This document shows, in pieces, positions 1 to 13,230 of a DNA stretch of 64,000 nucleotides. The DNA is from Azolla caroliniana. Lineage: Eukaryota; Plantae; Polypodiophyta. Numbering within the stretch: the first letter of the stretch is position 1; each line of letters begins with the position of its first letter. The position numbers and the translations under genes were made by a program. The notes under the pieces are model-generated. The model saw only the letters and a program-made list of their open reading frames with translations. It did not search any database and was not told the origin of the DNA. The stretch lies in NCBI GenBank assembly GCA_043228905.1, contig JBHGNT010000010.1, forward strand, positions 18,104,001 to 18,168,000, read 5' to 3'.

Positions 1-43
1 GGGTTCTCAATTATTATTGAAATTTGAACCTAAAATCTGTAGG

Positions 44-3000
44 ATGTCATATAAAGTCTCTGATGAGGATGTGGAATTAATGAGATGTGTACTTGGCTCG
101 GGACCATCTGAAATGGATTTAATCCGAGCTCTCCATTTAGCAAAGAATGATGTCAACCTTGCTTTCAATGTACTTTTTGATACCATCGGATACAAGGGAA
201 CGGAGACTAATGTGAAACGAACGACGGCTGGGTCTGGAGCCCGTGTCCTCACAACATGTCACGAGCAAGTGCCATCTATTATTCAAAATTCCGACACTAC
301 CATCAAACGAGAACATATGCCCTCTTCTTTGATATCGGATCTTGATATGTTTACAAATGATCATGTAGAGAGCATAAAAGAAGAGGAAAACAGGGGATTT
401 TGTTTTCCTAATATGCACAATGTTAAGAAGGAACCTATGCCCTCTTCTTTTCCATTGAATCTCAATGCAAGTCATTCAAAAGCAGTTAAAGAAGAACCAA
501 ACAGGGGAGTTCTCAATCACACATCTCTAAAGGAGGCAGAGGAGGAAAGCAATCACTCAACCCAAAGATTGGAGAATGGAAAGGTTTCTTGTGGATGGAA
601 AGAGAGTATGGATGTAACTTCCAAAACTTCTGTTCTAGAGATAAATGCAGGAACTTATGATGATGTGTTTGAGTACCACTATGACAAGGATTTCAACAGC
701 CACAGATGGCTTTTTCTCGGTGAAACTGAGGTATTGGGCTACTCTACGAGCAAAGGTGCAAAGCTTAAACAAGGGGATAAACTCACACTTTCATTCCCAA
801 AACAACCTGATTATAGCCGGCAAATGTCTAGTGTTTGGAACCGAGGGAAGGGTGTTATTGCAGCTCAGCAGATTGTGAGGTTTGGTACAAATGAAGCAGG
901 CGATGTATGTATTATGCATCTTCATTATGTGTGATTTCTCATGTATACAGGGCTCCTTCAGGACTTAAAATGTTGCTGTTTTATAAACTTGATAGATTGG
1001 TCGTTTGCCTGGGGAATGGGCAAAATGCTTGATTCCGTTAACATTGGGTGGGAAAGTGAAGGTTGAAGGTGTATGCAGAGCTGCACCAGAAGTCCTAACC
1101 ACCATGGATACTGTTATATTAATAATTAGGTAAGTTTTAGTGTCCAAGCTAATAAGTCCTTTGTGCGGAAGTTTTGCACTTGTAAAAGAATTCTCGTTGT
1201 GGATTTTTACATTTCATTTCTTTTAGTAAATTTTCTCTACAGACTTTTGCGTATTTTTTTCATAAGATTTCTCTGTGAGTGTTTTGCATTTTCTTTCACA
1301 TTTTTTATAAGATTCCTTTGTGGAACTTTTGCATTTTCTTTGTGCTTTAATATAAGACTTACGTGTGGAGGTTTTGCATTTTCTGTAACTTTTATTTGTA
1401 AGTTTTTATTGTGGAAGTTTTGCATTTTCTTCAACTTTTTATTGATTAGATTTCTTTATGAAATTTACATTTTTTTTCTTTTTCTTTTTGTATAAGATTT
1501 TCTTGATAGGAGTTATGCATTTTCTTTGTGGAAGTTTTGCATTCTCTTTTTGCTTTTGTATTAAGTTTTCTTTGTCAAAATGTGACATTCTTTTGGTTAT
1601 TTAATAAGATTTTACAGGCTATTTGTTTGTGTTTGCTTTTTTCTATTTTTGAGTCGTGTTTTTATGTATTTTACAGGCTATTTGTTTCTACTGCCATGTT
1701 TACTAAGCAAACTGAAATGCTCACTAATCTGCCCACTTCAATGTTGGATGAAACTGTTCATCCATTGCCATCGCTTTTCCGTTTACTTGGTAAAGTTCCC
1801 TTCAAGAAGGTATACATTATCCTCATTAAATAGCATTATCTTGGTAAGCTTGTGAGGAAGTTTCAACTTCATGCTCTTTTTGTTTTTGTTATAACAGGCC
1901 GAGTTTACTCCGGATGATTTATTGGCCAGAAAACGTTGCTTGGGATCTGAGGCATGTTGAAGTCACTTGGCATTAAATATCCATTTGCATTTAACTCATT
2001 GACCATTAACAGAACAAAGTAATATATATACAGGATACAATCATCCCAGTTGAAAAGCGAAGAAAACTTTCTTCAAATGAGAAGAGTGATGCAACTGATC
2101 AAGCAGAGGAAGATCTCACTGATTCTGACATCAATGGCTTAGTTGGAAGTACAGAAAGCAATGATCTCCAGGTATGGTATGCATATGCATATACAATTTT
2201 TTGTAACACATTATATTACTGGTGGAAAATCTGATCCATCCCCATAAAGGCTTGAGAGGCTGAGGTATGCAGCCAAAAATGCCCCCCAAAACCTCCACAA
2301 ACAAATGCTAGTTGGAAATAATGAGTAATTTTCTGTAATAAGGTGTACAGCTACACACATAGACACATGCATAAAGGAATGCAGACAGACAGCATATATA
2401 TATCCATGTCTATATGCATATCTGCACACATACATTTGCATATATCTATATAGGTACAGGTGTACTGTACATATAAATATACGTAGACATGTAAATATAG
2501 AGAGAATGACTTGAATGCAGGAAATGGAATCACCTAATGACTTGCTTTGTAAACTGAGGCCATACCAAAAGCAAGCTCTCTATTGGATGTCAAAATTGGA
2601 GGCAGGACACTTGGATGAGGAGGCATCTAAAACCCTCCATCCATGCTGGGATGCATATTATCTTTCTGACAAGTAAGCCATACTGGTACATATAAATAAG
2701 GAAAAACTCTGAAATACCGCGTGTTTTCCTTAATTTCCCGGAATGCCCATAATTTTTCTTTATTTTCCCAAATGTACTTGGTGAATCCTTTATAGAGAGA
2801 AAAAAGGGATAAATTGAACTTATAACTTCTCAAATAGCAGATGTCGGGCATTTCGGTAAATAAAGGAAAATTCTAGAATATATAGGCGCTTCTCAATATC
2901 AATAATGGATGTGTATTGTGAATTCTTGAGTTTTGCAACTTTTTTATTTTGTTTTGTATGAGCATTGTAGGCGAAAGACTGCAGTTTATGTGAATGTCTT

Positions 3001-6000
3001 TTCTGGAGAGGCTACCATGGATTTCCCAAGTGCTTTGAAGCTCAGTAGGGGAGGGGTATGCTCATTATTTTATGCATAAATGTGACTACTACTATTGTCT
3101 TTTAATAATAATGTTATATTTGTGTGTTTGTATTCTTATGATCTGGGTCTATGGAAAGATTTTGGCAGATGCAATGGGGCTTGGCAAGACAGTGATGACA
3201 ATTGCATTGCTACTAGCAAACCCTGGGAGAGGTGGTTCAGTTACACAAGAACCACAAGAGAAGTGTATACGAAAGAATAGATATTCAATCGAAGCCAGAA
3301 ATACACAGAATAGGGGAGAAGGCACATTGATAGTTTGTCCTATGACTCTGTTAGGGCAGTGGAAAGTATGTATACATATACTCACCTCACCTACTAATAC
3401 TATTTTAACACTGCCCTTTTATTGCACTAATATCTGATTGCATTCTTTTTACACAGACGGAAATTGAAACCCATAGCAAAGAAGGAACATTATCCGTCTA
3501 TTCGCATTATGGCACAGGGAGGACAAATGATGCCAGGGTTCTCCTCCAACATGATGTTGTGATAACCACATATGGCGTTTTATCTTCAGATTATCAGAGT
3601 GTAACAGCTTTCTTTTTAGTTCTGTTTTCCATATAGATAAAACATATACATACCATGATCATGGGCTTCAAGTTTTAATGTCACAGGCTATTCTGGCCTC
3701 TTCTGCGAAGATATTTCTATAAGCATTTTTTTTCTTTTGTTCATTAAGTGACATGCTGCTTGTTTGGTCAGGATGATGGTTGTCTTCGGAAAATCCAATG
3801 GCATCGAGTAGTCCTAGATGAAGCACATACCATCAAATCAAGCAAGTGCCAATCTGCTCAAGCTGCTTTCAACTTATCAGCTGACTGTAGATGGTGCCTT
3901 ACAGGAACACCAATTCAGGTAAAAGTCACAACTATTTGCAGTCTATCTTTTTTATTTAAATTTTTTCATGATGAACCTGCACTAAAAAGGAAACTTTTTT
4001 TTTCTCAAGAATAAATTGGAGGATGCTTTTAGCTTGCTACATTTTCTTCGCGTTGAGCCATGGTGCAACTGGGGCTGGTAGGGGAGTCATTTTTTGACAG
4101 CATTTTTTAAAAGATAATGAAGATTGTAATAAGCTTCTAATGATTAAGAGCTCAAAAATATTTTTGGTACTTTGAGCAAGGGGTGCTCCTGACAGTTTGG
4201 TTTTGTCAATTTTATGGTCGAATTGGAGTTCATGTGATATTCAATGTTAGTTTCTTTAGTTTGATATGATCATATATTGTAATTACAACCTAGTTAAATT
4301 TTATAGAGAAAAGTTTGTGTCTGTGTGTTCTGCATTATTATCTCAGTGCTATACATTTTTTAATTTTGAACTAGTTACTTGCATACTGTAGTCATATCAT
4401 GCACCTTATTCCATCATCGTGATGTTTGAACAAAATGGGTTCTCTTTTTTGCAAACAAACTCCCTTCCCTTGAATATTGACAGGTGGTACAAGCTTATTC
4501 AAAAGCCATTTGATGATGGCGATGAACGTGGATTAATGCTGTTGAAAGCCATTTTGAGACCCTTGATGTTGAGAAGAACCAAGGACAGCACTGATAAGGA
4601 TGGGAGGTGAGGAGTGACTCCAATGTTTGTTTCCATAGTAGTTCTGGATTCTTATTCTGACCTCGTGTTCTGCTGTCCAAAGGGCAATTTTAGTGCTCCC
4701 TCCAGCCGAAGCTGAGGTGATTGTATGTGAATTTTCAGAGGCTGAACGTGATTTTTATGATGCATTGTACAAGAAATCAAAGGTAACATAAATAGGGTTA
4801 TATGGAATGGAATGTATCAGTCTTGCCAACCAGGTCTAATGATGCATTGGGTTGATGTCTGCAGATCAAATTTGATCAGTTTGTTGAACAGGGCAAAGTC
4901 CTTCATAACTATGCTTCTATTTTAGAGCTACTTTTGAGAATGAGGCAATGCTGTGACCATCCATATCTTGTTCTGAGGTAGCATATTCTGCGTATTTTTT
5001 AATCCATGCCATTCACAACCAACTGTAACCTTAAACATATTTTTCCTCACCACTTGATGAAGTTCAAAGGATTATGTGTGCAAGAGTCAAAGTATTGTTC
5101 AGCAGATGAGTTTCACTATGCAATGGATAGTTAGGGCAAACCATGAAGTAAAGGTAGCACAAAGTAGAGAGAACAAAAACATGGTGACCATGAAGATAAT
5201 GCCTTTTTATAATAGGTGCCACCAGCTTAAACCTAGCTAACCATAGTTAGGCACGATGATGGTTTTGTTACACCTTGAGTTCCAGCATTAAAGAAGAGTT
5301 CCATGAAATTCAGCTCACTTTTCTTTATCATGCTACAGCCGTGGTGATACTGAAGAGTTCTCGGACCTCAACAAATTGGCTAAGAGGTTTTTGGATGGTA
5401 GTTCTTACAATACCAGCAAGAGTGCTTTATCCGAAACTTATGTTCAAGAAGTGGTGGAGGATCTGCGAAAGGGCAACAAAGCTGAGTGTCCAATATGTCT
5501 TGAAGTAGCGGAAGATGCAATACTAACTCCTTGTGCCCATTGCATGTGCCGAGAGTGTCTCTTAGCAAGCTGGAGCTCTGGTTCAGGTGGCCCATGTCCA
5601 ATATGCAGGTTAAATCATCACTATACCATTTTATTGCTGATTCAATATGCTGATATCATCCTGATGATTTTTGAAGAACCTTCCAAACCCCTTCATTTAT
5701 AATGATATTATTTGAAGTTTTTGTTATCATTGTGATATTGTCTTAAAGTTCTCAAGATACAATGATGTGATCCTATAGTTTCCACATGGTGATATCATCT
5801 TTAAGTTTTCGAATTCATAGTGGAATCATCTTGAAATTTTTAGGATATTGATACCACCTCGAGTATTTAAAGGACAACGCACTAACACTTCATTTCTTTG
5901 TCATTATATGCATACACAGGCAGCGTATGACAAGGCATGATATTTTGACAGCACCTTCTGAAAGTAGGTTTAGGGTTGATGTAGAGAAGAACTGGACCGA

Positions 6001-8415
6001 GTCATCAAAAGTTACAGCCTTAATGCGTGAGCTTGAAACGCTTCGGAAAACAGAGGCAAAGAGTATAGTGTTTAGTCAGTGGACGTCATTCCTGGATCTG
6101 CTTCAGATACCTTTAAACAGGTCAAATGCAAGCAGTTGTGTTGGTAATTATGTTTTACATTAGATGTGTAGAGATTTCATATTTTTTGTATTTTTCTTAA
6201 GCAGACGAAATTTCATGTATGTTCGGCTTGATGGAACACTAAGTCAAGCTCAAAGAGAGAAGGTCATCAAGGAGTTCAGCACTAACCCTAAGATATTGGT
6301 ATTTTCTGTAAAGAGTTGGATTATTGTTGACTTTGAGAATATTTAGAAGAATACTTCTAACTTTTTGCAAAATCACCAGAATACTCTAAATACATATGGG
6401 TATTATGGTCATTTCGAAAAACCGAAGGATGTTTTGGGTGTTTCCTTTATTTTTAACATTTAAAAGAGAAAATAGGGAAAACACCGAAACATCCGTAGGA
6501 TTTCCCTGTTTTGGTATCTGAGAAACAAATAGTCTATATGAATAGCAGTAACATTTTTAAAAAGTGGGATTGTAGGTAATGTTGATCTCGTTGAAAGCTG
6601 GAGGTGTAGGCATCAATTTAACTGCAGCATCAAATGCATTCCTCCTGGTATAGGTCATTCATTCCTTGGCATATTCATTAGTGTTTTTCTATGGCTCGGT
6701 AGAAATCATGATTATGAGGGTTATGTTCTAAGACCCATCCTTAAACATGTGAGTTAACATACAAGTATTGTGCTATGCATGTATAATCTCAATTGCTTGC
6801 TATAAAATAACACAAACCTCAAGCTTGCTTAAAATTCTTATTTTGTGCTTATATATATGTATACGTGTTTATGCACATATATAAGTTTTTTTGCGAGCCT
6901 TTCTATGTAGTGTAATACAAGAGAATTATGCTCCCAAACTTGCACTTAAAATTTGAAAATTCTTTGTTTTTGTGGTTGTGAAGGACCCTTGGTGGAACCC
7001 TGCAGTAGAAGAACAGGCTATAATGAGGATTCACAGGATTGGCCAGACCAAGAAAGTATCTATTAAAAGATTCATAACAAAGGTAGAGTTGAAAAGTGTC
7101 CGTGGAGGGATTAAATTAAAATACATAACGAAGGTTGTTAAAACTATCAAGTAAGAGGCTTTTCATAAGACCAAATTATTAAGAGATTCATAAGAGAGGT
7201 AGAGTTGAAAGTGTCCACTAATAAATTCATAAACAAAGTTAGTTATAATTGTGTATTCAAGTTTCAAGAGATTCATAAGAGAGAGAGTTAAATTGTCTAA
7301 TAAGAGATTTCATAACAAGATTAGTAGATACCACAGTCGGTGTTTCTTGGGATCTGCATCTTTCTATGGCCAGTTTATTTTGATCTATTTGAAGATCATG
7401 CTGCCTCATGTGTAGCTTACGTAGAAGAACTACGTATTTACATGAACTATAGGTGTAGCTGAGGCGTTTGACAGAGTAAAGCAAGCATTTACATTTGCCC
7501 CACTTTAGTCCATGTTGATCCTACCCATCATCATGAAAGCCAATGCAATTGATTTTGTACTTAGAAATGTCTTGTTGCAAACTCAAGATGATGATTGATA
7601 GCTGCATCTTGTCAACTTCCAATCACTGAAGTTTTAAGTCGTAGAAATCAATTAGGAGATCTATCGCAAAGAGGTTTTAGCAATTGTGGATTCTTGGAGG
7701 GGTTCTTCCCATGAAATCATTTTTTACAAGGATCACAAAAATCTCATATATTTTTAGAATAGTTAAGCTTTGAATTGACGACAAGCTTATTAGGCCTGGA
7801 GTATTTAATACATTTCAATTCCTGATCATGTATACCTTTCCTAAGAACACAACAAAGAAAAGTCGACACAATCTCGATACCCCTATAGACCACCTCATCT
7901 AGGAGCTTACTTTTGAGGAATAAAAACAAGTCTAGCTTGCTAACGCCTTTCGGAGCACCCACAGATTTGAGCATTCTTGATTTCAATCATATAGATATTT
8001 GTATGATGGCTTTACCCAAGAGTTAAAATGTTTGTGAAGAGCCCTGTACAAAGGTAATTAAAAGGTGTCATCCAAGACATCTTGAAAAGAGAGTTAAAAT
8101 GATCCATTCCATAGTGATTGAAACTGGCCATGGAATGGTAAAAGATAGTTAAAACTGTCCATTTTATAGTTAAAGGTGGCTAGAAACTGTCCATTTTAAT
8201 GTAAAGTTAAAGTTATGTCTATGCCTTTGATCTAGTATGCGTGTTTCATTGTGATAATAGAGCTTTTTATCATAATCATTGTTTTTGGGCAGGATTCTGT
8301 GGAGGAAAGGATGCAACAGGTTCAAGCAAGAAAGCAACGTATGATTGCAGGGGCTCTAACAGATCAAGAGATCAGATCAGCAAGGATAGAAGAACTGAAG
8401 ATGTTGTTTAGATAA
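44..8415 (+). CDS. RAD5A: RAD5A-like DNA repair protein (HIRAN, SNF2 ATPase, RING, helicase C); 20 exons: 44-904, 996-1129, 1677-1809, 1898-1951, 2034-2171, 2521-2672, 2971-3055, 3159-3365, 3457-3600, 3772-3918, 4010-4077, 4484-4606, 4683-4783, 4865-4977, 5339-5608, 5920-6120, 6205-6298, 6576-6647, 6984-7082, 8293-8415
   Basis: N-terminus [31 protein letters not shown] resembles plant RAD5[22 protein letters not shown]; LRPYQKQAL; [13 protein letters not shown] (motif I); VVLDEAH (II); LTGTPIQN (III); RING CPICLE..PCAH..C..C..CPICR; [10 protein letters not shown]; [21 protein letters not shown]; ends [10 protein letters not shown]. Exons join in frame through GT-AG sites (one GC-AG). Confidence 0.93.
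1165..1625. repeat. degenerate ~40-45 bp minisatellite in RAD5 intron 2
   Basis: Recurring units of the form (t)gtggaagttttgcattttct...ataagattt, about 9-10 times. Confidence 0.7.
7066..7320 (+). repeat. degenerate copies of the exon19/intron19 junction
   Basis: aagattcataacaaaggtagagttgaaaagtgtcc (7068) reappears as gagattcataagagaggtagagttgaaagtgtcc (~7183), with weaker copies at ~7225, ~7268 and ~7303. Confidence 0.65.
7480..7800 (+). mobile_element. decayed Ty3/gypsy RNase H fragment inside RAD5 intron 19
   Basis: Broken frames give [60 protein letters not shown], matching gypsy RNase H (DAS...NYEIYDKELLAIV...TDHKNL). Confidence 0.6.
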
Positions 8416-9031
8416 GGTTTCTTTCTTTAAAATTGGAGAGTGATTGGTCACCAAATATGTGTTTCTTTCCTCTTGAGAAATAGTGTTGTCAACGTATGGA
8501 AAGCTCTGCTGGACCCTAGATCCTAAACCATCAACCACAAGCCATAAATTCTAAATCCTAATGCTAAATACACAAACATATGGATAGCTCAGTAACCCTA
8601 AACCCTATGGCTGAACCCTAAACACTCAATCTGTATATAGAGACTGTAAGCAGAAAATGTGTGTATACACACACACACACATGCTCTGCTCACTCCATCG
8701 TTTCAATTTTTGTTCACATTTTTTCTTCTTACAGCAAACTCATTACCAACATCACCCCTAACTTGTGACTCATAAAAGCATGAATATCACTTTTTTGTTT
8801 ACCTGTTATCTGTTGTATTGGCCAACAGAAGGTTTTTCGGTGGAATATATACATATATATACATGACCAGTTCTTTTGACACATTATCAAGATTGATGAT
8901 TGGATAGATATTGGGGCTGCAAAATTCTCACAATGAAATGTCTTTTTAAGTGATTATTTTCATATGTACATAAGTATGCATGGTTTATTTTCAAATTTGG
9001 GAAATACAGATTTTCAGTCTTTTTGGGAGAT

Positions 9032-9259
9032 TGAAATGTCACTAAATGTGTGGACCGACTGTATATGTGATCTTTTATGTAAAAGAGCATTTGTAATTGA
9101 AGGGTTTAGTAGTGCCTTAGTATTGTAGAATGAAGATGAACATACTGAAATGTCACTAAGTGTCTGGACTGACTGTATATGTGATCTTTTATGTAAATGA
9201 GACTTTGTAAGTTAAGGGTTTAGTAGTGCCTTGGTATTGTAGGATGAAGATGAACATAC
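9032..9259. repeat. ~114-bp tandem duplication downstream of RAD5
   Basis: tgaaatgtcactaa..gactgtatatgtgatcttttatgtaaa..gggtttagtagtgcctt..tgaagatgaacatac occurs twice head-to-tail. Confidence 0.85.
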
Positions 9260-11749
9260 ATGTCTGATGTGTTTGAAGTATATGCTGTACATATCTGAGA
9301 TATGCATATATGAGGACCTATTGTGCAGTATAGTGAATTTACATTTGGTGTGTTTGTTTTTTGTGTGACATTCGTTTCGTTACTCATGTTTTGAATTTCA
9401 AAGTATCACATTTCCATGTCTCAAGTAGTTTGACTCTTTCACAGTTGTCTTTAAGTTCTGTATCATGTGAAATTTGATATTGCTGGATACCACGACTATG
9501 ACATCAAGCTCAAATTGGAAACATAAGCCTGCATTTGTGTTGAATAGAGATATATCTGCATGCATTGCTTGATGTTTCCTCGTATTTCTCTACATTAAGA
9601 ATATGTACGGATATATATGAGGAACATTTTTTAAGTAAATTTTGAATTAACAAATTTGACTAACTTAACATTGCTATGATTCAAAATTTAGAGTCCATTT
9701 GTTCCATACATTGAAGCCAAACTTGATCTGTCACGCTATCATTACATTTCTCACAATATGTATCCATCAAGCATGGAGCATATATCTTGAGAATTAGGCA
9801 TCTTGATTCTTAGATATATAAGTGCATACATGTAACATCAGCTTGACATGTTGATTTTATGCATGCAAAATAACTTGATGCTTTAATGGTTTACCCCAAT
9901 CAACCTTCCATGATATATATATATGGTTAGTCGGATTGGCTGAATCAAAGTCCAAAAACATGCATCCATGAACACTTTTGATCAAGTCCAGATTAGCAAT
10001 GAGCATAGATAGCTAACATTCATCAACGTGATGGCTTCCCTAGTTCACGACTGCTTCCAATCTTTCAGATGGGTTTGTCTTCTGCCTCCCTTGACAAAGG
10101 TTTTTGTCCCTCAAAAGAATTGATCATACACGTCTTACTACTATTCTTGTTCTGTTTACCACCCTCTACATAAGTTCCACAGGATTTCTCCTTGACCTTC
10201 CACTTATCATACTAGCCTTTACCTTTTTTGTCTCACCCTTCCTCTTGATGTATCTTCAGAAAAACTTAGATTATAACAAGATTCTAATTGCTTGCAACTA
10301 AATCATCATGCTAGAAATGCACACTTTTAGGTACCCAGCATGTTTCTGCATTAGACTTAGTTTTTTGGCCTCATCTTCGATTGTTGCTTCTGTTTGATAT
10401 TAAAGATCCCACTAAACATTAAAACTTTAGATTTCACCTTTAAATCTTCATGATTAGACCATATTGATAGTAGCTGTAGCATTCAAAGAGGGGGCAAAAC
10501 CCCTTCAAGTGCATCTAACAGAAGGTTTATTTAATCTCATTGTCAAAGAGCCAGTAGCCTAACATTTTTGTGATTATAACATATACCCTACTGCAGTATG
10601 AAGTGCCCACACTCATAAATAGAAACAGGAATCCCTTTGTCCGAGAGCCGTAATAAAGAACTTGTCTTTGTAATCAGATCATCTCAGTTGTAATGCACTA
10701 TGAATGCCCAAAATATGTATATAAAAGGAAGAGATACACACCTTTCATGGTGTCTTGAGAAAGAAAGAGATCACTCCTCTCTTTCGCTGGGACATGATCT
10801 GCTTCATTTTGCAGACAAAATCGACATGCGACCCTTTTTTAGTACCTAGATTTATTTTCATAAATTCTTCACAAAATATAATATTAGATATAGCAAAGCT
10901 GGCTTCTTAAACCCACATAAGAATGCCGTCCATACCAGGCCATTGCTATATACACTCTCACCATTTCAATATTTTAACCACTGTTGAATTTAGGCTTAGA
11001 CAGGAGTGAGGCATCAATCAGAAACCATAGTTAATCATGTCTAAGGTGGTGTTCATTTCATGTTTTTTTTGTGTACCTGTGAAAGGCCCTCAAAAAAAAT
11101 GAGAATTATGTGTGAAAAACTCTTTACTTTTAGAGCAAAAACTGTTTTTCCTTCTTTTTCTGTATCTTTAAAAAACTTGCTCTCTAAGAGAAAACATTTG
11201 ATACGACAGTCTTTGATATCAAAGAAAATCTCATATAGATAAACATCTTCCAAAATCTTTACAAGAACGCAAAAGCATCACGATTCCAAAATTGGGGCTT
11301 TTCTTTTGTTTTTATATATATATAAAGACCAATGTGGCCTGTTTTTCTTTGTTCTTTCTTCAAGCAAATTGCTCTCAGAGTTATATCAAAACCACCAAAG
11401 GAAATCTGCCTGTACTTTGCACATGCAGAACAGAGGATTAATGTATATATATGTATAGCTATATTGGGATCTTTGCATTGTTTGTTCGTTCGATCAATTG
11501 ATCTCTAGAATAACCTCATGCCGCCACCCAACTGATTAATTGAAACAAGAGAACAGAGATACGATATGCCTAGATATGGGAATTGAGAGCTTAGCTTAAA
11601 GAAAGCTTTACAAAATTACAAAGGAAGCATGACAAAACAGTGAACTTTCCTCCGTTCATCAGAAGCCAAAAACAATACACAGACAGAGTTGGGTCTCCAC
11701 TCTTTGAATCCGACTTTTGAAATCATTTTTGACTCCGCTCTTTTAGGCA

Positions 11750-13143
11750 TTATGAGTCCGAATCTGACTCCGCACTTTCCATATGCTTGAGGCCTCTTGC
11801 TTTCTGCGACCAATACACAAATAAGTTTCCCATGTATTCTAAGAAGTGCACACCCATCATAGAATTGTGATTGAATCAATCGACCTCTTATACCTTTTTC
11901 GTGCATTTCTTCTCTCTTACATCATAACGACCCCGAGAAAGGTCACTAAGCCAGTATCCAGGTGTACAGTACTGCAAAATGGAAGATTTCCAAAAGCAGG
12001 CATGAGAAAACAAGTTGTTTAGTGAGCATATGACTGCACTCTTGCCAGCCCAACACAGAACGAAGCCACCCACATTTACACCAGTTACTTAAACATCGAT
12101 ATCATCAATCACTTAAAACAAGTACATGATTAATCGTTTTGCACATTATGATCAATCATTTTAATATGATTTAATCACTGAGATAAATTCCAAACAATCA
12201 GAAAGTCACCTACCTATGCATAACCAGTCATAATATATACATGTTCAGTAACTTATATATGCTTAACACTAGCTATACATTTAAATAACAGTCACATACA
12301 TATAGCGACACAACCAGTAAAATACCCTACAAATGCTTACAAATCATAACAAACACCCACATATATATAACCAATCACCCTACATATACATGCAATTGTT
12401 GCTGATGTATACATAATAATCACTAGTAACTTCCATATACACAATCAGTCACATATGCAAATCAAACATTTGCATATACATAATCATTCACATGTACAAA
12501 GTCAATCACTTGCATACACACAATCACATGGTATCACTCGATCACTTACATATGCAGAATTGATGCCTTTACATCCACATAATCAGTCACATTAGCAAAG
12601 TCAATCACTTGCAAACACACACACACACACACACTATCACTTTATCACTTGCGTATATAGAATTGATGCATTTACATCGACATACACAATCATTCATCAC
12701 TTACATGGAGAGCTTTCTCAACAACTTTCGGCCGCTTCTTGGGGCGTTGGGGAAGCTTTGATGTGCCTTTCATGACAAGAAAGTCATCCTCTTTCTCTTT
12801 GCGGGTGAGACCAAGGATGATCCGAGGCCATTCCATGGCATGAACATCAACAAAAGGCTTAATCCGCTCGGGGGAAACGTCAGTACTTGGCGCAGCATAG
12901 CTATGGTGTCCATTTCCATTGCTATGGTGTACATTTCCAATGTTACGATGACCATTGGCATTGCTATGGTCGTGATCTTTATCTATGGCTGGGGCCTTGG
13001 GAGGGGTTTTCTCTTTGGAAGGAGGAGGTGGTGGTGCAGACCTCTCTCTGCGGAAGGTTATATGATCATTGTCCGAGGCCACAGCTGGAGCATCGCCAGC
13101 GAGGCGAGTGTAACCATTGGATGTCCTGCAGAAATGAAACCAT

Positions 13144-13230
<87 letters not shown>

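Noticed and set aside
8510-8625. Interstitial telomere array
   Set aside because: Only two or three degenerate AAACCCT units; too short to call.
10030-10830. Possible decayed coding sequence on the minus strand between the two genes
   Set aside because: Purine-rich and codon-like, but no recognisable motif or consistent frame.
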